Assembly (NCBI GenBank): GCA_050942955.1 | Contig: JBMNOG010000001.1 | Coordinates: 4,347 to 68,346 of the forward strand | DNA: 64,000 nt | Direction of reading: 5' to 3' | From: Patescibacteria group bacterium | GTDB taxonomy: Bacteria > Patescibacteriota > Microgenomatia > UBA1400 > UBA1449 | Shown: one piece after another, positions 19,153-27,857 of the stretch | Layout of the letters: each line of letters opens with the position of its first letter | How positions within the stretch are numbered: position 1 is the first letter of the stretch | Notes under the pieces: model-generated | Database searches by the model: none | What the model was told of the DNA's origin: nothing | Seen by the model: the letters and a program-made list of their open reading frames with translations, nothing else | Made by a program: the position numbers and the translations under genes

Positions 19153-20178
19153 GTGATGTCAAACTTATCTATACAACTAATCGAAGATAAAGCCAGATGG
19201 GAGATTTTTATTCTCAAAAGACCTGAAGCTAATTTCCTTCAATCCTGGAACTGGGGTAAGTTCCATAAAAGATTAGGTAAAAATGTTTTTAGGATGGCTT
19301 TGTTTGAAGACGAAGAATTGGCGGGAGCAGTTCAGTGTATCAAGGAAATTGCCAAAAGAGGTATCTATCTTACATTACCCGGGGGTCCGATCATCAACTG
19401 GGAAAAACCTGATCACGTCAAGTTTATTTTTTCAAAAATAAAAGAGCTAGCCAGAAGTGAAGGATGTACTTTTATTCGTATGAGGCCGCAAATACACGAT
19501 ACACAGAAGAATAGACAGTTACTTGAGCAGTATGGGTGGAAACTCGCCCCAATGCACTTAACTGCTGACCTTACTCTCCAACTTGATCTATCTCTCTCTG
19601 AGGAAAAATTACTTGCCCAAATGCGTAAAAACACTCGCTACGAAATTAGGAAGGCAGTAAAAGAGGGAATTGTAGTCAAACAGTCTCAGGATCCGAATGA
19701 TATTGAAGAGTTCAATAAACACCAGAAAGAACTAGCAAAAAAACATAGTTTTGTTCCATTTTCATACGAGTACTTACATGAACAATTTAAGTCATTTTTA
19801 GTTGATAATCAAGTAATATTATTTCACGCTTACAAAGAGAACACACTTTTAGCTTCGGCTTTCGTCATTTTTTACAATAAAGAAGCTGTATATCACTACG
19901 GCATCTCAACTCCTGAAAACCAAAAGTTTCCCGGAGCTTACGCCTGCCAATGGAAGGCAATTCGAGAAGCAAAAAAACGGGGAATGAAGCGCTATAATTT
20001 CTGGGGTATTTCTCCGGAGGATCAACCTGATCATCGCTTTGCAGGCGTCTCGCTTTTTAAGAGAGGTTTTGGTGGTAAGGAAATTTCTTATCTTCCAGCT
20101 CATGATCTTCCTGTAGACTGGAAGTACCAAGTAATCAAAGGTTTTGAAATGCTAAGAAAGAAAGCAAGAAAGTTGTAA
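19153..20178 (+). CDS. FemAB/FemX-family tRNA-dependent aminoacyltransferase
   Basis: FLQSWNWG, GGP, LDL..SEE.LLAQMRKNTRYEIRKA, YNFWGI, FKRGFGG. Confidence 0.92.
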   Translation: MMSNLSIQLIEDKARWEIFILKRPEANFLQSWNWGKFHKRLGKNVFRMALFEDEELAGAVQCIKEIAKRGIYLTLPGGPIINWEKPDHVKFIFSKIKELARSEGCTFIRMRPQIHDTQKNRQLLEQYGWKLAPMHLTADLTLQLDLSLSEEKLLAQMRKNTRYEIRKAVKEGIVVKQSQDPNDIEEFNKHQKELAKKHSFVPFSYEYLHEQFKSFLVDNQVILFHAYKENTLLASAFVIFYNKEAVYHYGISTPENQKFPGAYACQWKAIREAKKRGMKRYNFWGISPEDQPDHRFAGVSLFKRGFGGKEISYLPAHDLPVDWKYQVIKGFEMLRKKARKL

Positions 20179-20179
20179 A

Positions 20180-21541
20180 CTACAGATTAAAAGCTTCCAT
20201 CTCCATAAGCGGCCTAAGCTCAGCTTCAACTTGTGGGGCAAAAAATGCTCTAAGTTCGTTCCCACCACTAAGAAAGCTTAATAGTTGATCGAGGGCAAGT
20301 TGGGTTTTAGCAACCCTACCCGAGGTGTTAATAGCATCAAAAAATCCATTAGAAGAATAAATCTCAGGATATGCCCTTTCTAAGTCAGTAAGTACCCAAA
20401 GCGACTCATTTGGAGCATATTTGGCCGCTAAAAAGAGAGCATGCGGAGTAATCACCCTTTCGTTGCAAATAGGGTTATACTTACTCCCGCAAGGATAGCC
20501 ATCACAAAAAGAGCCTAAAGACCATAGACCAAACTCCCTATATCCACCTTCTGGGTCACAACAAGGAGAGTATCCAAACCAACCGTCATGGCAGCTAGCA
20601 CCATGGTTAACTTGTGCCTGTACATATCGCTGATGATTTATTCCCCAGCTAGTTGGTCCCCATTCTTCTTCCGGAACCAGCAGTGTGGGCATAAGAGCCT
20701 CAAACATGCTCCCTCCCCAAGAGGGAACAACAGAAACACCATCTTTATCTACATAGTTACCCTCGTACACCTCAACCCCCAGGTACCGTTCAAAGTGACC
20801 TCTAGGAATCTGTTTTTGTTTGTGGCCTGGTAAAAATGTACGGAAAAGCCGGAAGTAGTGTTCGGCTGGCAATTGCTTTTGTGCTATACCTATATAGCTT
20901 GCCATTCTTGCTTCAGTGTTAAGAATAGCATAACACCAAGCTTCAAATGTTTCTGAGGTCGGGCGATAAACTCCGTGAAGTAACCCTAGATTCTGATTAT
21001 AAAAGAAGCTAAAGTCCATATCGTTCAGCAACTTATTAGCTGTCTCTGCACAATCAGACTCTGCCTCCCTTACCACCATAAGTCCTGCCGCCAACCAGCC
21101 GTTATCAACAGAAGAAACAAATGGATTAAGCAGATTCCCATTTGCCGGCCATCGTGAAAGTACTCCACCAGTTTCCGGATCGTACCAGTTGCACAAAAAT
21201 CCATGGCATTTTTCCATCTTTCCGAGAGTTTTTAGGGTGTGGATAAGCCGATATTTAGCTTCTTGTCCTGAGATAATTCCACGTTCACGAGCTACCACTA
21301 CTCCCATTAGGCTTAACCCTATGTTCGTTGGCGAAGTATACATAGTAATTTCTTCATGTTCATTAATGTTATCTGCAATTAAACCTGTCTCAGGAATAGT
21401 AAGTCTTTCTATAGATCTCCAGGTAGAAAGGCTGTACCTGTCAAGAAGTTCTCGTTGAGGAAGTATCTCAGGTAGGGAAGCAAATTCAGGCCTTTCTTGA
21501 GCAACTACGCCAGTGGTCTGACGAAGCATTTCTACTGCCAT
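20180..21541 (-). CDS. Glucoamylase-like (DUF3131/GH144-like) glycoside hydrolase
   Basis: TSPTNIG, NWYD, SSVDNG.LAAGL, TEARMASY, PSWGGSMFEALMP, VITPHA, GFFDA, LDQ. Confidence 0.85.
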   Translation of the reverse strand: MAVEMLRQTTGVVAQERPEFASLPEILPQRELLDRYSLSTWRSIERLTIPETGLIADNINEHEEITMYTSPTNIGLSLMGVVVARERGIISGQEAKYRLIHTLKTLGKMEKCHGFLCNWYDPETGGVLSRWPANGNLLNPFVSSVDNGWLAAGLMVVREAESDCAETANKLLNDMDFSFFYNQNLGLLHGVYRPTSETFEAWCYAILNTEARMASYIGIAQKQLPAEHYFRLFRTFLPGHKQKQIPRGHFERYLGVEVYEGNYVDKDGVSVVPSWGGSMFEALMPTLLVPEEEWGPTSWGINHQRYVQAQVNHGASCHDGWFGYSPCCDPEGGYREFGLWSLGSFCDGYPCGSKYNPICNERVITPHALFLAAKYAPNESLWVLTDLERAYPEIYSSNGFFDAINTSGRVAKTQLALDQLLSFLSGGNELRAFFAPQVEAELRPLMEMEAFNL

Positions 21542-21693
21542 ACAACCAGTATGGCACAGAGACAAGAAAAGAGGTAGAGGAAGTAGAGAAGGTCAAAACT
21601 AATAATAGGAAATTATTAAAGAAATGAACCTACTTCAGAATACTGTCTTATGGGAAACAAATTCAACTTTTTCAAGTTATTAACTATAAATAT

Positions 21694-22461
21694 TCAGTAA
21701 GAGAAGGTGGATAAAATTTTATCAATTGTCTGTTTTCCCAACTCAGTAGGATCACTTCCAGTTTCTCCAGTTGATGCTATCACAATCATATTCTCTTGGT
21801 AAGGAAAAACAATAGTATACATTGGGCTCTCAAAGAGGTTGTATTTTGTTTTAATTCCTTGAATTCTATTATTTATATAAGGCTCCAGATTATCTGTCAC
21901 AAGCTCTGTGCAATAGTCTTTGTTGTCAATATTCCTATCAGGGTTCTTAAGAGCATTTTTACATAGTTCTTTTTTTGCATACTCTTCAGGAGAATAGTTA
22001 AAAGGGTTATCATTAACATACATGTCAGTATCAAAAAGTAAATCATGCGGGTTTAATTCTCCATCGTAAAATAAGGATATACTTTTCTCTCCTTCTTTCA
22101 CTTTCAAATCAGGACGATAATGAAATGAAAAACCATAGGTACTACTCTTGTAAACTGGCCAGTCATTTATATCAACAGCTTGAGAAACAGGAGTTGCTTG
22201 TTGAAAATTTGGCGCAGAAGTGAGGATAGGTGTGTTAGTAGCTTGCTGATTTTTTTTATTAGTGCTTTCCAGTTGCATACCAAGATAGTAACTAACTAGT
22301 CCAAATATTAAAAATCCAAGCAGTACACTAAGAAGTATTAACACATTTTTCCTTGGTGGCTTATGTGGAAACTGTTCTTGCTGAATCACAGTATTAGAAG
22401 GTGTATTTTCTTCTTGGAAACTCTGAGATGTTACTTGTTGGATACCGTTTCCATTGTTCAT
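21694..22461 (-). CDS. Single-TM hypothetical surface protein (PsbP-like extracellular domain)
   Basis: TM near N-terminus; WPVYKSSTYGFSFHY and terminal DKILSTF pattern common in CPR proteins. Confidence 0.6.
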   Translation of the reverse strand: MNNGNGIQQVTSQSFQEENTPSNTVIQQEQFPHKPPRKNVLILLSVLLGFLIFGLVSYYLGMQLESTNKKNQQATNTPILTSAPNFQQATPVSQAVDINDWPVYKSSTYGFSFHYRPDLKVKEGEKSISLFYDGELNPHDLLFDTDMYVNDNPFNYSPEEYAKKELCKNALKNPDRNIDNKDYCTELVTDNLEPYINNRIQGIKTKYNLFESPMYTIVFPYQENMIVIASTGETGSDPTELGKQTIDKILSTFSY

Positions 22462-22572
22462 ATTAGATAATTATCACACAATTTTCTTCATATACGCAAT
22501 AAAGAAAGATAGGGAAAAGACTATAGATGGTGAAAAATAAAGTTAATATATGAAGCTTCTCAAATGTTTTTG

Positions 22573-22643
22573 TCGGGGAGGGGAGAATCGAACTCCCGCC
22601 ACACGGTCCCAAACCGCGTATCATACCACTTGACTACTCCCCG
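22573..22643 (-). tRNA. tRNA-Pro(TGG)
   Basis: CGGGGAG...CGCGG-TT TGG GA-CCGTG...GTTCGATTC..CTCCCCGA. Confidence 0.95.
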
Positions 22644-22676
22644 AATTGATTTTGTATAGAGGTAGTGCCAGATCAG

Positions 22677-22762
22677 TGCCGCGGAGAGGAATCGAACCTC
22701 CACGAGGTATTACCCTCACGAGATTTTAAGTCTCGCGTGTCTACCAGTTCCACCACCGCGGC
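22677..22762 (-). tRNA. tRNA-Leu(TAA)
   Basis: GCCGCGGTGGTGGAACTGGTAGACACG CGAGA-CT TAA AA-TCTCG, long variable arm, GGTTCGATTCC. Confidence 0.96.
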
Positions 22763-22825
22763 ATAACTACCTAACTATCAAAACGGTTGTATACCTAACA
22801 ATCGGCGTGCCCCGCCTGAAGCGGA

Positions 22826-22876
22826 GTCACGGGATTTTTGTTAAATCCCTTGATCTATCAGTTCCACCACCACGAC
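22826..22876 (-). repeat. Degenerate copy of the 5' half of tRNA-Leu upstream of the gene
   Basis: GTCGTGGTGGTGGAACTGATAGATCAAGGGATTTAACAAAAATCCCGTGA versus tRNA GCCGCGGTGGTGGAACTGGTAGACACGCGAGACTTAAAATCTCGTGA; no T-arm. Confidence 0.8.
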
Positions 22877-22930
22877 ATACAACACTATGTATTTTACATT
22901 AATATGGGAAGTTTTGCTTTCGAAGTTAAT

Positions 22931-23356
22931 CTAAGACAACTTTAGTTTACTTACCAATCTTTCTGCTTTGTCTTCTTCTAGTCTAGGTTTCCGGCATTGT
23001 TCAATAACCCCAAAAAGCTCAGAGACTTCTCCTTCGTTTAGATTAGGAAGCAAATGGATATGAGCGTGAGGCACTTGTTCTCCCAAAACAATGCTAATAA
23101 CCAGATCTATGCCGGAAAGACTCTTGTAGTGATTGGCAACTTTTTTACATACTGACATGTACTCGCCAATGTTGGGTGAAGTATGAGCATCTTCAGGAAG
23201 GTCCCACACCCATCTGTAGTGTTTTTTAGGAATAACCAATGTGTGGCCCTCAACATAAGGGAAAATATCGAGAAATGCCAGGTAGTGTTCGTCTTCGTAA
23301 ATTTTATAGCTGGGAACTTTACCTTTAGCAATTTTACAGAAAATACAGTCTTCCAT
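22931..23356 (-). CDS. HIT-family nucleotide hydrolase
   Basis: DCIFCKI, GHTLVIPKKH, VPHAHIHLLP. Confidence 0.95.
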   Translation of the reverse strand: MEDCIFCKIAKGKVPSYKIYEDEHYLAFLDIFPYVEGHTLVIPKKHYRWVWDLPEDAHTSPNIGEYMSVCKKVANHYKSLSGIDLVISIVLGEQVPHAHIHLLPNLNEGEVSELFGVIEQCRKPRLEEDKAERLVSKLKLS

Positions 23357-23414
23357 ACTATCATTCTATCAGTTGCAAAATTAGGAAACAATGAAATTAG
23401 GTATAATATTAGAC

Positions 23415-24476
23415 ATGAAACAGGTAAAAACAAAACTATGTCCGACCATTCTTGCTATTGATACCAGTTGTGACGACACTTCAGTTGCAATTACACAAGG
23501 TATGAAAATTCTCGCAAATGTCATTGCCTCTCAAGTGGAAATTCACCGCAAATACGGTGGTGTCATGCCATTGGAGGCCAAACTGGCACATCACGAATTT
23601 ATTAACCCAACCTATACTGAAGCACTTAAACGGGCACGTGTAGAAGAAAACAACATTGATGCTGTAGCAGTAACCTATGGTCCTGGTTTGGCTATTGCAC
23701 TGGAAGTGGGTATTGGTTTTGCTAAGGAAATTTCCCGAACCCTACAAAAACCCCTTATAGCTGTAAACCATATGAAGGGACATCTGTATTCACCTCTGGC
23801 AGTAAACTCAAAGGGAAAGTGCCAACCATCCGTTCGCCCTGAAGACTTCCCTGTTTTAGCTTTGCTAGTCTCAGGAGGCCACACAGAATTGGTTCTTTTA
23901 AAAAACCTGGAGAATTTAGAGGTAGTTGGCAAGACAATCGATGATGCTGCAGGAGAAGCTCTAGATAAGTTTGCCAGAATGATCGACTTGGGCTATCCTG
24001 GAGCCGCAGCAATGGAGCAAGTGGCCAGAAACGGAGATGCTTCACGCTTTTCCTTCCCTTTACCAATGACCCAAGTTAAAACATTCGACTACAGTTTCTC
24101 GGGCTTGAAAACTGCAGGGCGCCATACTATCGAAAAGTTTGGTAATTCTCTAACCAAAAAAGATGTAGAAGATCTTGCCGCTTCATTCCAGCAAGCAGTT
24201 TTCAAAACTCTGCTTTATAAGCTTAGTAAAGCAGTTGAAGCTTTTAAACCTCGTTCAATATGGGTAGGTGGAGGAGTCAGTGCCAATTTGGAACTTAGAA
24301 AAATGCTTCGAAAATACTGTAAAGAGAGAGGTCTGCAATTTTTATACCCAACTCAAAGAAGGCTAAACACAGATAACGCCGCTATGATAGGAGTGGCCGC
24401 CTTCTTCCAGTACAAAAAACAGGATTTCATCAAGAATCTGGATAGCTTGCAAAGGGTTCCGAGACTTGAACTCTAA
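23415..24476 (+). CDS. tsaD: tRNA N6-threonylcarbamoyltransferase TsaD
   Basis: ILAIDTSCDDT, YGGV.P..A, GPGL, NHMKGH, VSGGHT, DDAAGEALDK, FSGLKT, TDNAAMI. Confidence 0.96.
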   Translation: MKQVKTKLCPTILAIDTSCDDTSVAITQGMKILANVIASQVEIHRKYGGVMPLEAKLAHHEFINPTYTEALKRARVEENNIDAVAVTYGPGLAIALEVGIGFAKEISRTLQKPLIAVNHMKGHLYSPLAVNSKGKCQPSVRPEDFPVLALLVSGGHTELVLLKNLENLEVVGKTIDDAAGEALDKFARMIDLGYPGAAAMEQVARNGDASRFSFPLPMTQVKTFDYSFSGLKTAGRHTIEKFGNSLTKKDVEDLAASFQQAVFKTLLYKLSKAVEAFKPRSIWVGGGVSANLELRKMLRKYCKERGLQFLYPTQRRLNTDNAAMIGVAAFFQYKKQDFIKNLDSLQRVPRLEL

Positions 24477-24544
24477 TCCTAACACTAAATTTCCCCCACA
24501 GATGTAAATTTAGCATTGTTGGAACAGGTTATTTAGCTTACTAA

Positions 24545-24700
24545 TTAATTATTTTTGGAATTTTCCTGATTTTAAGTTTTACCAAACAAATAAATGAGTA
24601 CGAAAGCGGTATTTTGTACCAACTGGGAAAATTAAGGGAATTTTTAGGATAGGCTGGCATGTTGGTCTTACCTGCTATCAATGGAAGTACTTAAAGTGTT
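24545..24700 (+). pseudogene. Decayed remnant of an SPFH/Band-7 (slipin) gene 5' end
   Basis: One frame reads LIIFGIFLILSFTKQINEYESGILYQLGK; after a shift KGIFRIGWHV; resembles the SPFH N-terminus TM-(I)KQ..EYERG..F.LG......GW. Confidence 0.55.
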
Positions 24701-24734
24701 TGAGGATTTTGTAAAAAAGTCTAAGCGAACACTT

Positions 24735-24767
24735 TTCACTCTATCTTCATCATTCTTTTGCTAAAAT
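24735..24767 (+). promoter_or_regulatory. Promoter with tandem 11-bp-spaced box (putative OmpR-family site)
   Basis: TTCACT (24735), TTCATC (24746), TAAAAT (24762). Confidence 0.5.
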
Positions 24768-24799
24768 TGGTTAGTAATTATGTTTATAAAAGGAGATAT

Positions 24800-25180
24800 A
24801 TGACAGGATACATTGATAATATTGAAAAGCAAACACTAGAAAATGAGAACTTTAGAAAGGTTTTGTTTACGGGTCCTAATAGCCAACTTGTAGTTATGAC
24901 TCTCCAACCTAAAGAAGAGATTGGTATGGAAACTCATGACGATATTGATCAGTTCATCAGGATTGAAAAAGGGCAGGGAAAAGCCATATTAAACAGTGAA
25001 GAAACAGAGGTGAAAGATGATTTTGCTATTGTCATCCCTGCAGGCACTGAACATAATATCATCAATACTTCAGAAACAGAAAAAATGAAGCTTTACACTG
25101 TTTATTCGCCAGCCGAACATCCTGAAGGCACAATCCACAAAACCAAAGCTGAGGCTGATGCAGCCGAACACGAACATTAA
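24800..25180 (+). CDS. Cupin domain protein
   Basis: SD AAGGAG; NENFRKVLFTG..SQLVVM.L...EEIGMETH...DQF, PAGTEHN, LYTVYSPAEH. Confidence 0.93.
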   Translation: MTGYIDNIEKQTLENENFRKVLFTGPNSQLVVMTLQPKEEIGMETHDDIDQFIRIEKGQGKAILNSEETEVKDDFAIVIPAGTEHNIINTSETEKMKLYTVYSPAEHPEGTIHKTKAEADAAEHEH

Positions 25181-25215
25181 ACTGTGACTTTTATTAGATG
25201 AGTTGCCGCCAGCTC

Positions 25216-25247
25216 TTCATCATGTATTCATCTTTTCTTAATACAAT
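25216..25247 (+). promoter_or_regulatory. Promoter with tandem TTCATC direct repeat (putative autoregulatory site)
   Basis: TTCATC (25216), TTCATC (25227), TACAAT (25242). Confidence 0.55.
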
Positions 25248-25291
25248 GAGATTTGTTATGATACACGATGTAGGTATTCCAAAGACTTACT

Positions 25292-25975
25292 ATGAAAGTC
25301 TTAATTATTGAAGATGATAAGCGCATCGCAACCGTGATGAAGCGCGGCCTTAAAGAAGAAGGGTTTACAGTTGATGTAGTGTATGACGGAGAAGAGGGAG
25401 AGTACATGGCAACTGAAAATCCCTATGATGCCATCGTTCTTGATCTTAATCTTCCTGATAAAGACGGGCTGCAGATTTGCCGTAAACTTAGACAAAATAA
25501 AGTTGAAACCCCAATCATTATGGTTACTGCCAGAACCGGAATAGAAGACAGAGTAAAAGGTTTAAACCTAGGAGCTGATGATTATCTTCCCAAACCATTT
25601 GCCTTTTCAGAGCTTCTGGCTAGAATACGCTCTCTCATCCGCAGAAACAGCCAGCAAAAAACTCCTGAATACAGACTTGATGATTTAATCCTTGATCCTA
25701 TTAAACACTCAGTTAAAAGAGGCAAGGACACGCTTAATTTAACAGCTAAGGAGTTTTCTTTACTGGAATTTCTTCTAGCTCACCAAGGAGAAGTAGTTAC
25801 CCGAACCATGATTTTGGAACACGTCTGGGACTACAACTATGATGGACTATCAAACGTTGTTGATGTTTTCATAAAAACACTAAGAAAAAAGTTAAGATCA
25901 GCTGGAAACAAAACTCCGCTTATTAATACCGTTCATGGAGTAGGATATAAACTTGAGACAGCAACTAAACACTAG
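25292..25975 (+). CDS. OmpR/PhoB-family response regulator (CusR/CopR-like)
   Basis: IIEDD, LDLNLP, GADDYLPKPF, wHTH with SNVVDVFI..LRKKL..INTVHGVGY. Confidence 0.96.
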   Translation: MKVLIIEDDKRIATVMKRGLKEEGFTVDVVYDGEEGEYMATENPYDAIVLDLNLPDKDGLQICRKLRQNKVETPIIMVTARTGIEDRVKGLNLGADDYLPKPFAFSELLARIRSLIRRNSQQKTPEYRLDDLILDPIKHSVKRGKDTLNLTAKEFSLLEFLLAHQGEVVTRTMILEHVWDYNYDGLSNVVDVFIKTLRKKLRSAGNKTPLINTVHGVGYKLETATKH

Positions 25976-25989
25976 CTGGAGACCTCTTC

Positions 25990-27504
25990 ATGAAGAGTGT
26001 ATTTGTAAAATTTGACCGGCTTCCCATACGTATCAAACTGACTATCTGGTATACTCTGTCTTTCATGGTGGTCATGGCTTTTTCTTTTGTCAGTTTTTTT
26101 CTGGTTACCCGCAACCTGCTCCTTTCCAAAATTGATAGCGCTATTAAGTCTCAGTCAGAAGAAATCTGTGCTCTTCTTAAGGACCAGACTATCTCACCCG
26201 CCTCAAAAGAGTTAATCCTGCGTACATTTCAGATTACAAAAACTAACTTTGTCTTAATTTTAAACCGCAACAACGAAATTGTAGTCCAGTCACAACCTTT
26301 TCCGGTTGAAGAAAAGCTTCTGGTTAATCTCACTAACGCTGTCAGTAAGTCTCCTCAGTTTACCACCCAAGAAAAAAGCCGCTTTTTTATTTCTCCACTT
26401 TACAGCAACGACAGCCTTCTAGGGACAGTGATTGTAGGAGACTCGATTTCAGCAATTGACGAGGCTTTTAGTGTGTTATTTAACACCTTAACTCTAATTT
26501 TCTTCTTATTCCTACTACCTCTAATACTGGTCAGTTTTCTTGAAGCTGATATTTCGCTACTCCCGTTAAGAGACCTAGCAAACCGTATGAACATGATCAC
26601 CACAAAGAATTTATCCCTGAGGGTAGACACTCTTAATCCAAAAGATGAAATTGGTGAGGTAAGCACGGCCTTTAATAAGCTCCTCGACCGTATCCAGAAA
26701 GGGTTTGTCAAAGAACGTCAGCTTATCCATGACGTATCACATCAGCTAAAAACCCCTTTAACCGCTGTTCAGAGCGAAATTGAGATTGGGCTTGCCAAAC
26801 CCCGTACTCCAGTTGCTTATCAAAACATCCTTAAAGATATTCTCAATGACACTAGTCGTATTAATAATCTTCTTAAAGATATGATGAACTTTGCCTGGGC
26901 TGCTAGCGACAATCAAGAACAGCACTTTAGCAAACAAAACCTCAGCATTATCCTGGAAGAAGCTTCAGAAATTACCCAACAAATGGGAGAGTCACAAAAC
27001 CTTAGTGTTGTAACTAGTATTATCCCTAATATTTATGTTCTAGGTCATCGGGAAAAACTGTTTCAGATATTTATGAGTATTTTGGAAAATGCTGTTAAGT
27101 ATTCAATAAAAAATGGCAGAATATGGGTTCAAGCCAGCACTTCCGGAAACAAGGCTAAAATTATCATCAAAGATAACGGTATAGGAATCAGCAAAAGGGA
27201 TTTACCCCACATATTTGAGCGTTTTTATAGAGGCAAGAACCACATTGATGAAGGTTCAGGTCTAGGACTTTCAATTGCTTCAGCGCTCGTTAAAGCCCAT
27301 AAAGGGACTATTGAAGTTAACAGTCAGCGACATAAAGGATCAACATTTATTATCACCTTACCCCTATCTAATAAAGAAACCAGTGTTAAATCCAATAGAA
27401 TTACTGTACACCGTCCTCATGTTAGGACGTTTATAAGAAAGCAATTCCGGCAGTTAGGAAAAAACCGAACAGAAAAAGCTAAAAAAATGAAGAAGACTTC
27501 ATAA
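25990..27504 (+). CDS. Sensor histidine kinase (2 TM, HAMP, HisKA, HATPase)
   Basis: DEIG..AFN HAMP; SHQLKTPL H-box; ENAVKY, DNGIGI, IFERFYR, GSGLGLSI. Confidence 0.95.
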   Translation: MKSVFVKFDRLPIRIKLTIWYTLSFMVVMAFSFVSFFLVTRNLLLSKIDSAIKSQSEEICALLKDQTISPASKELILRTFQITKTNFVLILNRNNEIVVQSQPFPVEEKLLVNLTNAVSKSPQFTTQEKSRFFISPLYSNDSLLGTVIVGDSISAIDEAFSVLFNTLTLIFFLFLLPLILVSFLEADISLLPLRDLANRMNMITTKNLSLRVDTLNPKDEIGEVSTAFNKLLDRIQKGFVKERQLIHDVSHQLKTPLTAVQSEIEIGLAKPRTPVAYQNILKDILNDTSRINNLLKDMMNFAWAASDNQEQHFSKQNLSIILEEASEITQQMGESQNLSVVTSIIPNIYVLGHREKLFQIFMSILENAVKYSIKNGRIWVQASTSGNKAKIIIKDNGIGISKRDLPHIFERFYRGKNHIDEGSGLGLSIASALVKAHKGTIEVNSQRHKGSTFIITLPLSNKETSVKSNRITVHRPHVRTFIRKQFRQLGKNRTEKAKKMKKTS

Positions 27505-27541
27505 TCGGCTCACTACTTGCTCATCTCCTTCCCTTTATACT
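27498..27541 (+). promoter_or_regulatory. Promoter with three 11-bp-spaced YTCAYH boxes
   Basis: TTCATA (27498), CTCACT (27509), CTCATC (27520), TATACT (27536). Confidence 0.5.
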
Positions 27542-27547
27542 GAAACT

Positions 27548-27784
27548 ACTCTTTGACAGATGCAGTAGACAGCGGCATTACCAACTAGACTGATTCCAAC
27601 TAGTGCCGTGATCTTCATAATGTTCACGGGTGCAAGCTTGATCTACTGACGTTTATCAATACTCTCTCTTAAATGTTATGCTTCTAAGCACTTTGACCCG
27701 CTGTCGCGGTCCGACAGCAAGAGCGTAAGGACAGGTTCATAACAAGCAAATAAAAAGCAATCCTTAGGCAAGATTGCTTTTTTT
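27548..27784 (+). ncRNA. Candidate structured non-coding RNA, family not recognised
   Basis: Closing helix 27553-27569/27642-27659 with inner GGCATTA/TAGTGCC and CCGTGA/TCACGG stems; second domain TGTTATG/CATAACA enclosing GCTGTCG/CGACAGC; own -10 and terminator; no credible ORF. Confidence 0.6.
27752..27784 (+). terminator. Intrinsic terminator
   Basis: AAAAAGCAATC-loop-GATTGCTTTTTTT. Confidence 0.8.
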
Positions 27785-27857
27785 GCGCCTTTTTAATACT
27801 TTCTGCAGACTAAACTGCCTCTTTTCACACGCTATTTTTTTCTTGTATAGTAAATGT

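Noticed and set aside
22826-22876. A sixth functional tRNA
   Set aside because: No T-arm (GTTCRA) or 3' acceptor strand; anticodon loop enlarged
24693-24736. AT-rich hairpin AAAGTGTTT...GAACACTTT as an ncRNA
   Set aside because: Weak, overlaps the SPFH remnant and the cupin promoter, and has no independent support
27548-27784. Assignment of the structured RNA to 6S, tmRNA, RNase P or SRP RNA
   Set aside because: Two separate domains rather than one rod; no tRNA-like ends, P4 consensus or SRP loop motif visible; left unassigned
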